From a bacterium (GTDB taxonomy: Bacteria > Patescibacteriota > Saccharimonadia > UBA4664), in NCBI GenBank assembly GCA_016699105.1, contig CP064960.1, positions 520,727 to 584,726 of the forward strand: a stretch of 64,000 nucleotides of DNA, in the 5' to 3' direction. This document shows positions 14,044-23,700 of the stretch, piece after piece. The stretch's first letter is position 1. Each line of letters starts with the position of its first letter. The position numbers and the translations under genes were made by a program. The notes below the pieces were generated by a model. It ran no database searches, was not told where the DNA came from, and saw only the letters and a list, made by a program, of their open reading frames with translations.

Positions 14044-14910
14044 ATGCATATTAGATGGATATTACGAGACAAATTGGTTGCATACATGTTTGTGGGCTCG
14101 TTGGTTGTTGCAGTTGTTGGGGTGCTCAGTATGCCGTCAACTGCCCAGGCGGCCTGTTCTGCGATGCCCAAAGACAAGGGCCAGGTCAGTTTCTCGGTCG
14201 ATATACCTTCGACGGGAGTTTATCAGGTGTGGTCACGGATTTACTCACCAACGGCAAGTGCAAATGGTTTTTATATCCAGATCGATCAAGCGGTTTGTAA
14301 GACGGTGGTAGGCAATGGTGGGCCGATAGACGCAGGTAAATTTACTTGGGTAAATTGGACGGATGGGGATACCAAAAAGTTATTAAGCGTCAATTTGGAG
14401 AAGGGTAAGCACACGATAATCGCGGCGGGACTCGACGCAAATCTGAGTCTTGATAAGGTGATGTTTTTAACAGATACTGCGTGCATTCCAAAAGACACAG
14501 GGACGAATTGCGATTGGATGAGCGATGGCACGTCACCCTCGCCAAGCGTATCGGTATCGCCGGGTGCAGTTCAAGCATCGCCAACACCCGATGCCAACGG
14601 GAATATTCCAGCTGGAGACAGTAGCGGTACAGGGAAAAATTCAAGTACAGATCAAAAAGGTCTGGTCGCGGGTCTTGTAAAATATTGGCCATGGATAGCT
14701 GGTGGGGCTGTGATGTTGGCGGCAATTGGTGCAGGCGCCTGGTTTGGCCGCAAGCGATTATTCGGCAAGTTTGTCCACAAGCCTCAGGTTCAGACACCGT
14801 CGCTTAGTACCCCAATGCCAACGGCACCGCCAGCTGGTAATGCGGGGGATGTGTCGAAGCCAGGCACGGTGATCCTACCGCGAGATCCCGGCGGGCCGAC
14901 CGTTTCGTAA
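14044..14910 (+). CDS. secreted protein with signal peptide, CBM-like beta-sandwich domain, Ser/Pro/Thr linker and C-terminal TM anchor
   Basis: It has a signal peptide (MHIRWILRDKLVAYMFVGSLVVAVVGVLSMPSTAQAA) and a domain with YQVWSRIYSPTASANGFYIQID...KGKHTIIAAGLDANLSLDKVMFL that resembles carbohydrate-binding modules. A low-complexity S/P/T linker follows, then a C-terminal hydrophobic segment YWPWIAGGAVMLAAIGAGAWFGRKR. Confidence 0.75.
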   Translation: MHIRWILRDKLVAYMFVGSLVVAVVGVLSMPSTAQAACSAMPKDKGQVSFSVDIPSTGVYQVWSRIYSPTASANGFYIQIDQAVCKTVVGNGGPIDAGKFTWVNWTDGDTKKLLSVNLEKGKHTIIAAGLDANLSLDKVMFLTDTACIPKDTGTNCDWMSDGTSPSPSVSVSPGAVQASPTPDANGNIPAGDSSGTGKNSSTDQKGLVAGLVKYWPWIAGGAVMLAAIGAGAWFGRKRLFGKFVHKPQVQTPSLSTPMPTAPPAGNAGDVSKPGTVILPRDPGGPTVS

Positions 14911-15402
14911 GCTGTACAGAGCAATCCCGGCAGCAACCGCCACTCCGAATGATTCTTTTTGGCCCAACATTGGTATTTCGAGAATGGTTTCGGCACTGGT
15001 TTGAGCGGCTTTAGAGACGCCATCAACTTCATTACCAAGTATGAGGGCTGTCGGACCAATAGGGGAATAGTCACAAAGCGTAAGCGAATTCTCAGCTTGT
15101 TCCAATACAATCAAATGGTAGCCTTCACTTTGCATGAGTGCAATGGCTGCCTGGATGTCGGTCAGTGGAATAACTGGCACACTTTTTTCTGCACCTAAGG
15201 CAGTTTTGGCTATTTGACGAGTATTAGCATAGGCAACATGAGGCGGACGGTTATCTTGCTGATCGACTTGGCGCGGGAATGGGGTATAGCCGACCACGTA
15301 AACTGCCTCGACAGCAAAAGCGTCGGCTGTTCGAAGAATTGAACCAACATTAGTTGTGCTCCGAATATTTTCGAGAATAAGTCGCAGTGGAAGCTTGGTC
15401 AT
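14875..15402 (-). CDS. SpoU/TrmH-family RNA 2'-O-methyltransferase
   Basis: Motifs NVGSILRTADAFAV, LILGNEVDGVS and IPMLGQKESFGVAVAAGIALY match the SPOUT class. Confidence 0.85.
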   Translation of the reverse strand: MTKLPLRLILENIRSTTNVGSILRTADAFAVEAVYVVGYTPFPRQVDQQDNRPPHVAYANTRQIAKTALGAEKSVPVIPLTDIQAAIALMQSEGYHLIVLEQAENSLTLCDYSPIGPTALILGNEVDGVSKAAQTSAETILEIPMLGQKESFGVAVAAGIALYSLRNGRPAGISR

Positions 15403-15601
15403 TTGTACATAGTGTAACAGATAGATTGTAGCATAATTACTATTGACATATTAAAGTGTATATGCTACAATTCGATCCGTACTTGATTTGATCGGTAAAT
15501 CCTCCAAATACTGGAGGTTATACGGTCGGTCTTTTGGCTATATTGCCAGAGTTGGTACACTTTCTATTTGTCATAATACATAACATAAGAGGAATGCATA
15601 T

Positions 15602-15805
15602 ATGGCAGGAACTCGTGCTGGTGGCATCAAAGCCGCTGCAACAAACAAAGCCCGCTATGGCTTGAACTTCTATGAGATGATCGGCCGCCGTGGTGGTAAA
15701 ATCTCTCGTGGTGGTGGCTTTGCCGTCAATCGTGATCTAGCTGTTGAAGCTGGTCGCAAAGGCGGTCGGGCATCGCGCCGTAGTAAGTCTGACGTCGCAG
15801 CTTAA
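15602..15805 (+). CDS. KGG-repeat general stress protein (YciG/GsiB-like)
   Basis: 67-aa basic Gly-rich protein with RRGGKISRGGGF and GRKGGRASRR repeats. An RBS AGAGGA lies upstream. Confidence 0.6.
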   Translation: MAGTRAGGIKAAATNKARYGLNFYEMIGRRGGKISRGGGFAVNRDLAVEAGRKGGRASRRSKSDVAA

Positions 15806-15842
15806 TGCTGTTGACGGCTGATACTAATCAGACCAAATCAAA

Positions 15843-15882
15843 ATAACCCCAAGTGTCTCTCATCAGACTGGGGGTTATTTTG
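15843..15882. terminator. bidirectional terminator between convergent genes
   Basis: ATAACCCC ... GGGGTTAT is an 8-bp stem followed by TTTTG on the plus strand and an A-run on the minus strand. It lies between the stop of the 15602 gene and the stop of the 15875 gene. Confidence 0.55.
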
Positions 15883-16381
15883 TGCCGGTATTGGTGAGGG
15901 CATTACTAAAACGCGATATGATCGTCCGTTTGACGCGGCGGTCTTTGCGCCAATTGACGACCCATTTGGCGCCACAGGCAAAGCAGCCGTACGAATCTCG
16001 ACCACGTTGCAGACTGAAATTATTGCAGTCTGGACATGTCGCACGCTTGGTTAGCCAACTGTCGTAAGAAGCGACTGTAGAGGCGATATGTTCTTCATTT
16101 ATACTGACGTTTAAACGCGGAGCTAAATCGCGGGCAATGTCCCATGCTTCCATCTCCATTTGCAGGAGTTCCATATCATACTTGTATATCCTGTGGCCAA
16201 GCCTTGCGTGTCCGATCTCATGTAAGAGGGCGAGGCGGCCATTGTTACTACTGATGCGTCGAGTATCAAAAGTAATGGTTCTGCTCGCAGGTGACCACAT
16301 AAAATACCGTCCCGGTATAAAGGTTTGGTCTGTAAAGTGATCAAGAAACTCCAAGCTCACCCTCCCAAGTGTCTTGTCCAA
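15875..16381 (-). CDS. zinc metallopeptidase-like protein (HEXXH) with C-terminal zinc ribbon, SprT-like or ImmA/IrrE-like
   Basis: It carries LALLHEIGHARLGH (HEIGH plus a downstream His/Glu) and a C-terminal CPDCNN...CFACGAKW CxxC-CxxC ribbon. The start is probably the internal Met MWSPAS. Confidence 0.7.
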   Translation of the reverse strand: MDKTLGRVSLEFLDHFTDQTFIPGRYFMWSPASRTITFDTRRISSNNGRLALLHEIGHARLGHRIYKYDMELLQMEMEAWDIARDLAPRLNVSINEEHIASTVASYDSWLTKRATCPDCNNFSLQRGRDSYGCFACGAKWVVNWRKDRRVKRTIISRFSNALTNTGTK

Positions 16382-16447
16382 AATAATAGCGCGGATGATG
16401 GAGGAGCGCCAGCATAAGCGTTATAGATACGAGTTCAGGGGATTGTA

Positions 16448-16477
16448 TTGACAGAAACCGTTAAGTAGTGGTATGAT
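16448..16477 (+). promoter_or_regulatory. sigma70 promoter with extended -10, followed by a roughly 240-nt leader
   Basis: TTGACA (16448-16453), an 18-nt spacer, then TGgTATGAT (16469-16477). The downstream leader contains paired segments (GTGAGGGTG ... CTCACCTCC) and a GCCCGTGTCGGGATTTTT hairpin with a T-run. Confidence 0.45.
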
Positions 16478-16720
16478 ATGACCAATCGATCGTGAGGGTG
16501 ACGGACGGTGTTGGGGTATTGTCTGTTAATATGACCGCCAAACGAGTGCTCACCTCCTTGTGTAACGGACAATTCAGCCGATGCCCCTACACTGCCCGTG
16601 TCGGGATTTTTAGCAGTAATTTTTAGTTTGAACATCGTTGGGTGTTGCTTGGGTTTTGGCCCCTCCAAGGTATCCACTCCTCAGCAACACCGAGCGATGT
16701 TTTAACAAGGGGACAACAGA

Positions 16721-17143
16721 TTGACTCGTGATTCACTCAAAACAGTAATTGGCCTCGTTCTCATCGTCGGTATCGTGGGAGCGACATTTTGGTATGGTAA
16801 CGCCCAACGCCAAACTCAATTACGCAAATCTGCCAACACCCAAGCGACTCCTACTCCTACGCTAAGTAGCTCTCCAACTGCCGGTGGCACTGATGGTGGC
16901 AATAACACGGCGCCAGTCAAAAGTCCATCTTCAAACGTAATTCAAGGAGGCGGAGCTTCTATTACTCCTGCCCCTACCCAACAGCCAACAGCCCAAAACG
17001 CAGTACCGACCACTGGTGGTAGTGATACCTTGCCAGACACTGGTGCGCCCATTAGTGGAATTATCGGCGCAGTGGCCATGCTTGGTGCTGCGATTTGGCA
17101 CCGCCAATCGGTGGGTCAAGCCCGTCGCGCTCGTTTGCGTTAA
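16721..17143 (+). CDS. small LPXTG-anchored surface protein (sortase substrate)
   Basis: It has a TTG start and an N-terminal TM or signal segment. The body is a low-complexity T/P/S/G region. The C-terminus reads LPDTG, then hydrophobic APISGIIGAVAMLGAAIW, then the basic tail HRQSVGQARRARLR. Confidence 0.75.
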   Translation: MTRDSLKTVIGLVLIVGIVGATFWYGNAQRQTQLRKSANTQATPTPTLSSSPTAGGTDGGNNTAPVKSPSSNVIQGGGASITPAPTQQPTAQNAVPTTGGSDTLPDTGAPISGIIGAVAMLGAAIWHRQSVGQARRARLR

Positions 17144-17260
17144 ACCCTGATATCAGGTATACTATACCTAATCACTCATAAACAGAATGCCAATCTGGAG
17201 TGAAATCTTTTTTGGAAGGAGAAGTACGCAAGCTACTTTTGAGATGCCCGTGGAACGGTA

Positions 17261-18382
17261 TTGGTAGCATATTTTGCGGAAAATATTTCTTTTATGGCAC
17301 AAGCAAAAACATTAACGATGGACGATTTACTGGCTGAAGCGCCGTTGTCAGGTATGGCAGTTGGCGACGTTGTCGAAGGTACCGTCATTGCCTCAGAAAA
17401 ACATGAGGTCTGGTTAGATCTGGGTCCCAGAGGAACTGGTCTGGTAGTGGGTCGAGAAATCGAGCACTCACAAGATATTAGTCCTGGTGATATCATTTCG
17501 GCGAGTGTGCTTGATCCCGAAGACGACAATGGCTACGCCATATTGTCTTTGCGCAAGGTCGCCAAGGAAAAAGGTTGGGAATCACTGGAAGAGCGTTTTG
17601 GTAAAGGTGAAGTCTTTAGTGTTACTCCCTTTGACGCCAATAAGGGTGGTCTGCTGATCGAAGTCGACGGCATTCGGGGATTTCTGCCGGTCAGCCAGCT
17701 GAGTGCCGAAAACTACCCACGGGTAAGTGGCGCCGATAAAGACGAAATTTTGCATCGTTTGAACGCGTTGGTGAGCAGGTCGCTGGAAGTCCGGGTGCTC
17801 GATTTGAGCCGTCGTGACAACAAACTGATTTTGAGTGAGAAAGCGGCCAAGCGTGAAGACACTGAAAGCAAAGTAGCTAAGATGAAAGTAGATGACGAAG
17901 TCGAAGGCATTGCGACTGGCGTAGTAGACTTTGGTATATTTGTGAATGTCGGTGGTGTCGAAGGTCTTGTCCATATCTCCGAAATAGCTTGGGATCGGGT
18001 AGATAACCCATCGAGTTACGTCAAGGTAGGCGACAAAGTAAAGGCCAAAATCATTGCCATTGATCGCGACAAGCTTTCACTCTCGATGAAGAAGCTGATG
18101 CCCGATCCCTGGATCGAAGATGCTGCAAAGTATCAAGTTGGCAATGAAGTTGAAGGTAAAATTACCCGTATCACGCCGTTTGGCGCTTTTGTACAGGTAA
18201 CGCCTGCTATTGAAGCCCTCGTTCATATCAGCGAGCTGAGCGATTCGCATGTTGAAGATCCAGCGTCATTGGTTAAATTGGGCGAGACCAAGAAGTTTAG
18301 AATCATTGCGATTGACTCGGAAGCTCACAAATTGAGCTTGTCCTTGAAATCTCCAGTTCGTAAAAAGTCCGAGGAAAAGTAA
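17261..18382 (+). CDS. rpsA: 30S ribosomal protein S1 (short, four S1 domains)
   Basis: Repeated S1 domains (VEGTVIASEKHEVWLDLG, VEGIATGVVDFGIFVNVGGVEGLVHISE, VEGKITRITPFGAFVQV). The likely start is MAQAKTL at 17294. Confidence 0.9.
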   Translation: MVAYFAENISFMAQAKTLTMDDLLAEAPLSGMAVGDVVEGTVIASEKHEVWLDLGPRGTGLVVGREIEHSQDISPGDIISASVLDPEDDNGYAILSLRKVAKEKGWESLEERFGKGEVFSVTPFDANKGGLLIEVDGIRGFLPVSQLSAENYPRVSGADKDEILHRLNALVSRSLEVRVLDLSRRDNKLILSEKAAKREDTESKVAKMKVDDEVEGIATGVVDFGIFVNVGGVEGLVHISEIAWDRVDNPSSYVKVGDKVKAKIIAIDRDKLSLSMKKLMPDPWIEDAAKYQVGNEVEGKITRITPFGAFVQVTPAIEALVHISELSDSHVEDPASLVKLGETKKFRIIAIDSEAHKLSLSLKSPVRKKSEEK

Positions 18383-18387
18383 GTCCG

Positions 18388-18597
18388 ATGAGCAAGCAGA
18401 CCCGACACACCCCCATGCGCCAGTGTCGGGTCTGCCGCACACAGGCAGCCCAACATGTGCTCCAACGGTGGACGTTACAGGCGGGAACACTCGAAGCTGA
18501 TACAAATCATCGGCAGCCGGGTAGAGGTTATTATAGTTGTAGCGAGCGGTGCGCCGATATTGTGGCCCACAAGTACCAGCTCAAAGGGAAGGAGTAG
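18388..18597 (+). CDS. ylxR: YlxR/DUF448 family protein (nusA-infB operon component)
   Basis: PMRQCRVCRTQ...GRGYYSCSERC matches the YlxR pattern (RxCxxCR...GRGAYxC). It sits immediately upstream of infB. Confidence 0.7.
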   Translation: MSKQTRHTPMRQCRVCRTQAAQHVLQRWTLQAGTLEADTNHRQPGRGYYSCSERCADIVAHKYQLKGKE

Positions 18598-18606
18598 ATC
18601 AAAAAC

Positions 18607-20379
18607 GTGGCTTTAGCAAACACATCGCAAATCGTTGTCACAGTACCCGAAGCAATCGCCGTAGGGGAGTTTGCCACCAAACTTGAACTACCCGTGTCCA
18701 AAGTAATCGGTGAACTCATGAAAAATGGCGTCATGGCGACCATTAATGAGCAAATTGATTTTGATACAGCGGCCATTATTGGTGCCGAACTAGGTTTTGA
18801 CGTCCAGCAAGAAGCGGCTCCAGTATCCGAACCACAGGGTAGCCTCAAGCAGCATTTAGCAGAAGGTGAAGGTACACCACGACCACCGATCGTGGCAGTA
18901 ATGGGTCATGTTGACCATGGTAAAACCTCTTTGCTGGATGCCATCCGGTCCAGTCATGTGGCCGATAAAGAGGCGGGAGGCATCACTCAGCATATTGGAG
19001 CTTACCAAATCCAAAAAGGTGAGCGCTGGATAACGTTTATAGATACGCCGGGTCATGAGGCTTTTAGTGCGTTGCGCCAACATGGTGCCCGGATGACCGA
19101 TGTGGCCGTGATCGTGGTAGCTGCGGATGATGGCGTGAAACCTCAAACCAAAGAAGCAATTCGTCATGCCAAAGAAGCTGGTGGCCAGATGGTGGTGGCG
19201 ATCAATAAAATTGATAAACCGGGTGCCGATCCGACGCGAGTGCGTCAGGAATTGAGTGATCTTGGGCTCGTACCCGAAGAATGGGGCGGTGATACTGTTA
19301 TGGTAGACGTGTCGGCCAAAACCCACCAAAATCTCGATAAATTAATTGACATGGTTCTGCTGGTGGCTGATGTCGAAGACCTGAGAGCTCGCTCGGAAGG
19401 TCCGGCTGACGGTGTAGTTGTGGAGTCGCATTTAGATAGTGGTAAGGGACCAGTGGCGACGGTATTGATCGGCAATGGTGTGTTGAAGGTTGGCGATTAT
19501 CTCGTATCGGGGAGTACCTATGCCAAGGTACGCTCACTCGGTGATTTTCGGAGCAAACGGATAACAACAGCGCATCCGGGCATGCCGGCAATTGTTACTG
19601 GGTTCAAAGCAGTTCCGTCATTTGGTGATCGCTGGGAAGCTGTCGCCTCGGAGCAAGCCGCCCGAGCGCGGGTAGCGGCTCAAACGCGCCGTGAGCAAGC
19701 TAAATCGTTGGGTATTAAGCGAATTGACGCTTCGGGATTGTCGGCAGCCATTTCGGCAGGTCAGATCCGGGAATTTAACGTCGTGCTGAAGGCAGATACG
19801 CAAGGCTCATTGGAATCATTGGCTGAAGCGCTCGCGGTCTTACACAACGAGGAAGTTGCTATCAAAGTAGTGTCCAGTGCTGTCGGAGATATCGCTGAGT
19901 CTGACATCGCTTTTGCTAAAACAGCCAACGCCTTGTTGATTGGATTTAATGTGGCCTTGCATTCGAGCTTGCGGGCATTAGCGAATCGTGACGGCGTGCA
20001 AGTGAAATTATACCGTGTGATATACGAACTAACCGATGACTTGCGTGATGCATTGAGCTCAATGCTGGCGCCGGAAGTCATTGAGACGGTTAATGGTTTA
20101 CTTGAGATTAAGGGCGTATTTAAAGTCACAAAGTCGGCGGTAGTATGTGGCGGTACGGTAACTCAAGGCAAACTCGAACCGGGCTTGAAGTTTCGTGTCC
20201 GACACGGATCGGAGGTTTCTGGTGAAGGCACCTTGGCGAGCTTGCAAAAGGACAAGCAGTCAACCAAAGAAGCTTTTGAAGGTGATACCTGTGGTCTCAA
20301 CGTCAACACCAATGCCGCAATAGAGCTGGGCGACGTTCTTGAATTTTACTCTGTAACTGAAAAAGCCCGGCAGCTGTAG
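18607..20379 (+). CDS. infB: translation initiation factor IF-2 (short form)
   Basis: GTPase motifs GHVDHGKTSLLD, DTPGHEAF and NKIDK, with C-terminal beta-barrel domains. Confidence 0.95.
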   Translation: MALANTSQIVVTVPEAIAVGEFATKLELPVSKVIGELMKNGVMATINEQIDFDTAAIIGAELGFDVQQEAAPVSEPQGSLKQHLAEGEGTPRPPIVAVMGHVDHGKTSLLDAIRSSHVADKEAGGITQHIGAYQIQKGERWITFIDTPGHEAFSALRQHGARMTDVAVIVVAADDGVKPQTKEAIRHAKEAGGQMVVAINKIDKPGADPTRVRQELSDLGLVPEEWGGDTVMVDVSAKTHQNLDKLIDMVLLVADVEDLRARSEGPADGVVVESHLDSGKGPVATVLIGNGVLKVGDYLVSGSTYAKVRSLGDFRSKRITTAHPGMPAIVTGFKAVPSFGDRWEAVASEQAARARVAAQTRREQAKSLGIKRIDASGLSAAISAGQIREFNVVLKADTQGSLESLAEALAVLHNEEVAIKVVSSAVGDIAESDIAFAKTANALLIGFNVALHSSLRALANRDGVQVKLYRVIYELTDDLRDALSSMLAPEVIETVNGLLEIKGVFKVTKSAVVCGGTVTQGKLEPGLKFRVRHGSEVSGEGTLASLQKDKQSTKEAFEGDTCGLNVNTNAAIELGDVLEFYSVTEKARQL

Positions 20380-20394
20380 GCCTTTGGAGATTGT

Positions 20395-20730
20395 ATGAGT
20401 CAGCGCGTTGCCAAAGTCGAGAGTGTCATTCAAGCAGTAATAGCTCCAGCGTTACTGGAGCTATTAGAAGCTGATGGGACCTCGGTGACGGTTACGCGCG
20501 TGGATGCAGCGCCTGATTTGCGCAATGTGTCAGTGTGGGTCGGGTTACTAGGTAAACCAGCTCAAAGTGACCGGATTTGGGCACGAATCATGGGACTACG
20601 ACCAGAGTTGCAGCGAAGGGTCAGCGCCACTATGACTACTCGGTATGCACCAGTTATTCATCTGAAACGAGACAGTGGCGGCGAATATTCCGAAAAAATC
20701 GAGCGGCTGCTAGCTGGGCTCGATACCTAA
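20395..20730 (+). CDS. rbfA: ribosome-binding factor A
   Basis: 111 aa (RVAKVESVIQAVIAPALLEL...RYAPVIHLKRD). It follows infB as expected. Confidence 0.9.
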   Translation: MSQRVAKVESVIQAVIAPALLELLEADGTSVTVTRVDAAPDLRNVSVWVGLLGKPAQSDRIWARIMGLRPELQRRVSATMTTRYAPVIHLKRDSGGEYSEKIERLLAGLDT

Positions 20731-20778
20731 TTTGAGATATACTTACCTTTAGACGATAAGCATGAGGGTAATGAGTGC

Positions 20779-23700
20779 GTGGATGAGCATGGACCAGGTT
20801 ATTCACCTGATAATGAAGCTCCACCGACCAGGCCAATAGAAATACCGCCTGGAGTTTTTGGTACGACAGAGTCGATTGGTAATCCCGACGATCCCACAGA
20901 TAGAGAAACTGCTCATGAGAGCCATTTTACGCCTCCCGTAGAAGACCCATTTCATGGTGATGACGGTGTTGAAGCTAAGGCACGAGGAATTGCCCGGGCA
21001 CGGGCGGCAATCGAGCGTGCTCTTGGTTTGGGGCTTCCTGGCGAAAGTCGGCGAGAACGCCGAAATCGTCAAAAAATTGGCGAGACGTTATCGCAAGCTG
21101 GAATTGATGAAGATGCTGGTCTGAGTAGGGCGCGTGATGCACTAGCTGCTGTTGTAGACATGCATACCACTTCTGAAAATCCACAGCCAGATGAGAGTCA
21201 AGAACCATGGCGGAAACGAAAGATAAATCAGCTGCGTGAATATTCAAATGCGCGGTGGGGCGAATTTTTAAATCAAGTACGACAACCATCAGAGACCGAT
21301 GAAATATTAGAAGAGTCAACTGGGAAATCTGTTGAACCATCAGAGCTACCATCACAAATGGCTCGTATTCGGGGCTACTCAACGAAGCGCAGCGTATTAC
21401 TGATGCCGATGAATCTGCCATCCGTGAGCAAGCAATTATTTTGCTGGCTGTTCGTCGTGCACTATTAGCCTTAAATGTGGCTCAAGAATCAGCGTCAGGT
21501 GAGCGCGGAGATTTATCGATTGAAACGGTTCAGCCTGTGGGGGCACCTGGTCATGATGAAGTAGAACAGTTTAATGAAATAGCCAGATATTGTCGCCAGA
21601 GTTATGATCGATTGCGAGGCGCTCCAGAGAGTCCGAATATTCCTGTGTCGGTAACGATTGAGACAGAACAACCAGAAACTTTGCCATCTCCTGATGTTCC
21701 GTCAGTAAATATAGATGATCAGGTGAGTCGTGAGCAGCTTCACGAATGGCTTTGGTCTAGCCAATCTGAACCACTTATTCCGGAAGTGGCTAAGGCAAAT
21801 TTAACAGGTCATTATACTGAGTTGCATTTGCGATACGATCGACTCGACAAATTGGTTGCGCGTCATTCGAGTAAACCAGAATCTATGACAGTTAGCACCG
21901 ACTTCACAGCAGATGAGCGGGCACAATTGATTGATAAATTGAAAGCAGACTTAGGCTGTCAAACTGAGCTGGCACAAACTATTGGTTACCTTCCAGAGGA
22001 GCCGAGTAAAGAGAAAGGCGTAGTTGCACGACGTAATAATGCTAAGCTGCGAATGCGGAATTGGTTGAGACCAAAGCCGCATCGTAAAGACCTCGGAAAG
22101 AAGCTCAAATTCACGAAGTTATCCCAACACGTAATTCTCGTATAGCACTTGTAGTGACTCGGGCGGGTACGTTACAACAATCTGAGATTCAAGGTGTCCA
22201 TGTGATGATGATGCCAGATCCAGTATTTAGGCTAGCAGCTGACGCCTCAGCTCGGCTTGAAGTTACCGATATGGCAAAGGCTTATATTGTAAGTCCAAAT
22301 ACTTTTCAACTATCAAATCCATTGCCGACTCCTCCTGGCGCCATTTCAAGGATTCCTGAGACTCGAAACGCCACATCTATACCTGTTATTGAGAATGGGC
22401 CACGTGTACCTATGCCGACACCCGAATTGCCACAGGCATCGACGCAAGTGCCTACTGAGAATGGTATACAAGCGCCATATGTCCCGGGAATGGGTACTAT
22501 TGGGCCACAATTTTTACGCGCTGCAAGTAGTACAGTTGTTGAACATCGTACAGGCCGTCAGCGCGAAAGACGTGCGAGTGAAACGATTGATTTGGCTCAC
22601 AGTATGCTGGGCATGAAGACAAATGCGGTTGCACATGAGGCGCTACTGAGACAAGACGCGGTTTATCGAAGTGAGTATCAAGCTGCGACTTCTGCTCATG
22701 AAGTGGATCGAGATCGAGCACTACGTGATTTTTGGGAAACCCATGCCGGTCAGCTGGCTCAGCAGCGTGAGCTGCTGCAGGGCCCCCTCCAACCTCATGA
22801 GTTAAAGCGGGTGGAATTGCTTGGACAACTACTGAAGAGTTCGGAACAAGAAAAACAATTACAATCGTTGATGACAACATTAGTGAAGCGGGCTGCCGAT
22901 GCAACTGAGCGGTCGCCGATTGAAATCGAGATACCGGCTGACAATCCTGATGACCCACTGGAAAAAACACGATGGGCTGTTGAAGGTATTCTTGACCTTG
23001 CTATTGCTGCCCGAGCTGAAGGAGCAACAGAAATTGAGCAGAAAGCTGATCCATTTGCAACCAAGAATAATGCAAAAGAGGTTCAAGAAGCTCTTAGTCG
23101 GATATCTGACATTTGGCTGGCAAATCAATTTATCGATACCGTTTATTCAAAGTCAGTACCAATTAATGATCCCGAAATCTCGGCCAAATTGGGCGCTGAA
23201 ATTGTTGCAATCATGACTTCAAATGAAGCAGATACCGGATTTACTGAAGCAGAATTTGCTCAATTGGGGGCAGCCTTAACTGCTCGTCCAGCCGAGCTTC
23301 GTAAACAACAAGAGGCGGAGATCGGGCCATTTGCTCAGACTTTTTTCCGAGCATTTGAGGCGCTGCCTGACTATGAACCACCCGGCGGCGATGATAAAAA
23401 AATGTGGAAATTAACACCAGAACGAATAGCGGAGCGACGCCAGCTGCTGAATGGATTCAAAAAGCAGGCGGTTCAGAATCATTTGTTTGAACAAGTGCCT
23501 CCGGATGCAGTTGCCGATTGGTCGTGGGACGTAAAACCAGTTGAACAGGCCGATAGCCCTCGGACACAGAAATGGGCGCCAGAAGCTTTAAGTGTGTTCC
23601 AAGCCCTGGTGCGCGAACGGGATTTACTTGATCGACAAGAGCTTGATAATAAGTTGAAAGATCTTGGTGAGGTGATCAAACGACCAGATGTTAAAAATCC

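Noticed and set aside
16435-16677. 80-aa minus-strand ORF overlapping the promoter and leader of the LPXTG gene
   Set aside because: It has no RBS or recognisable fold and is antisense to a strong promoter and structured leader. It is probably non-coding.
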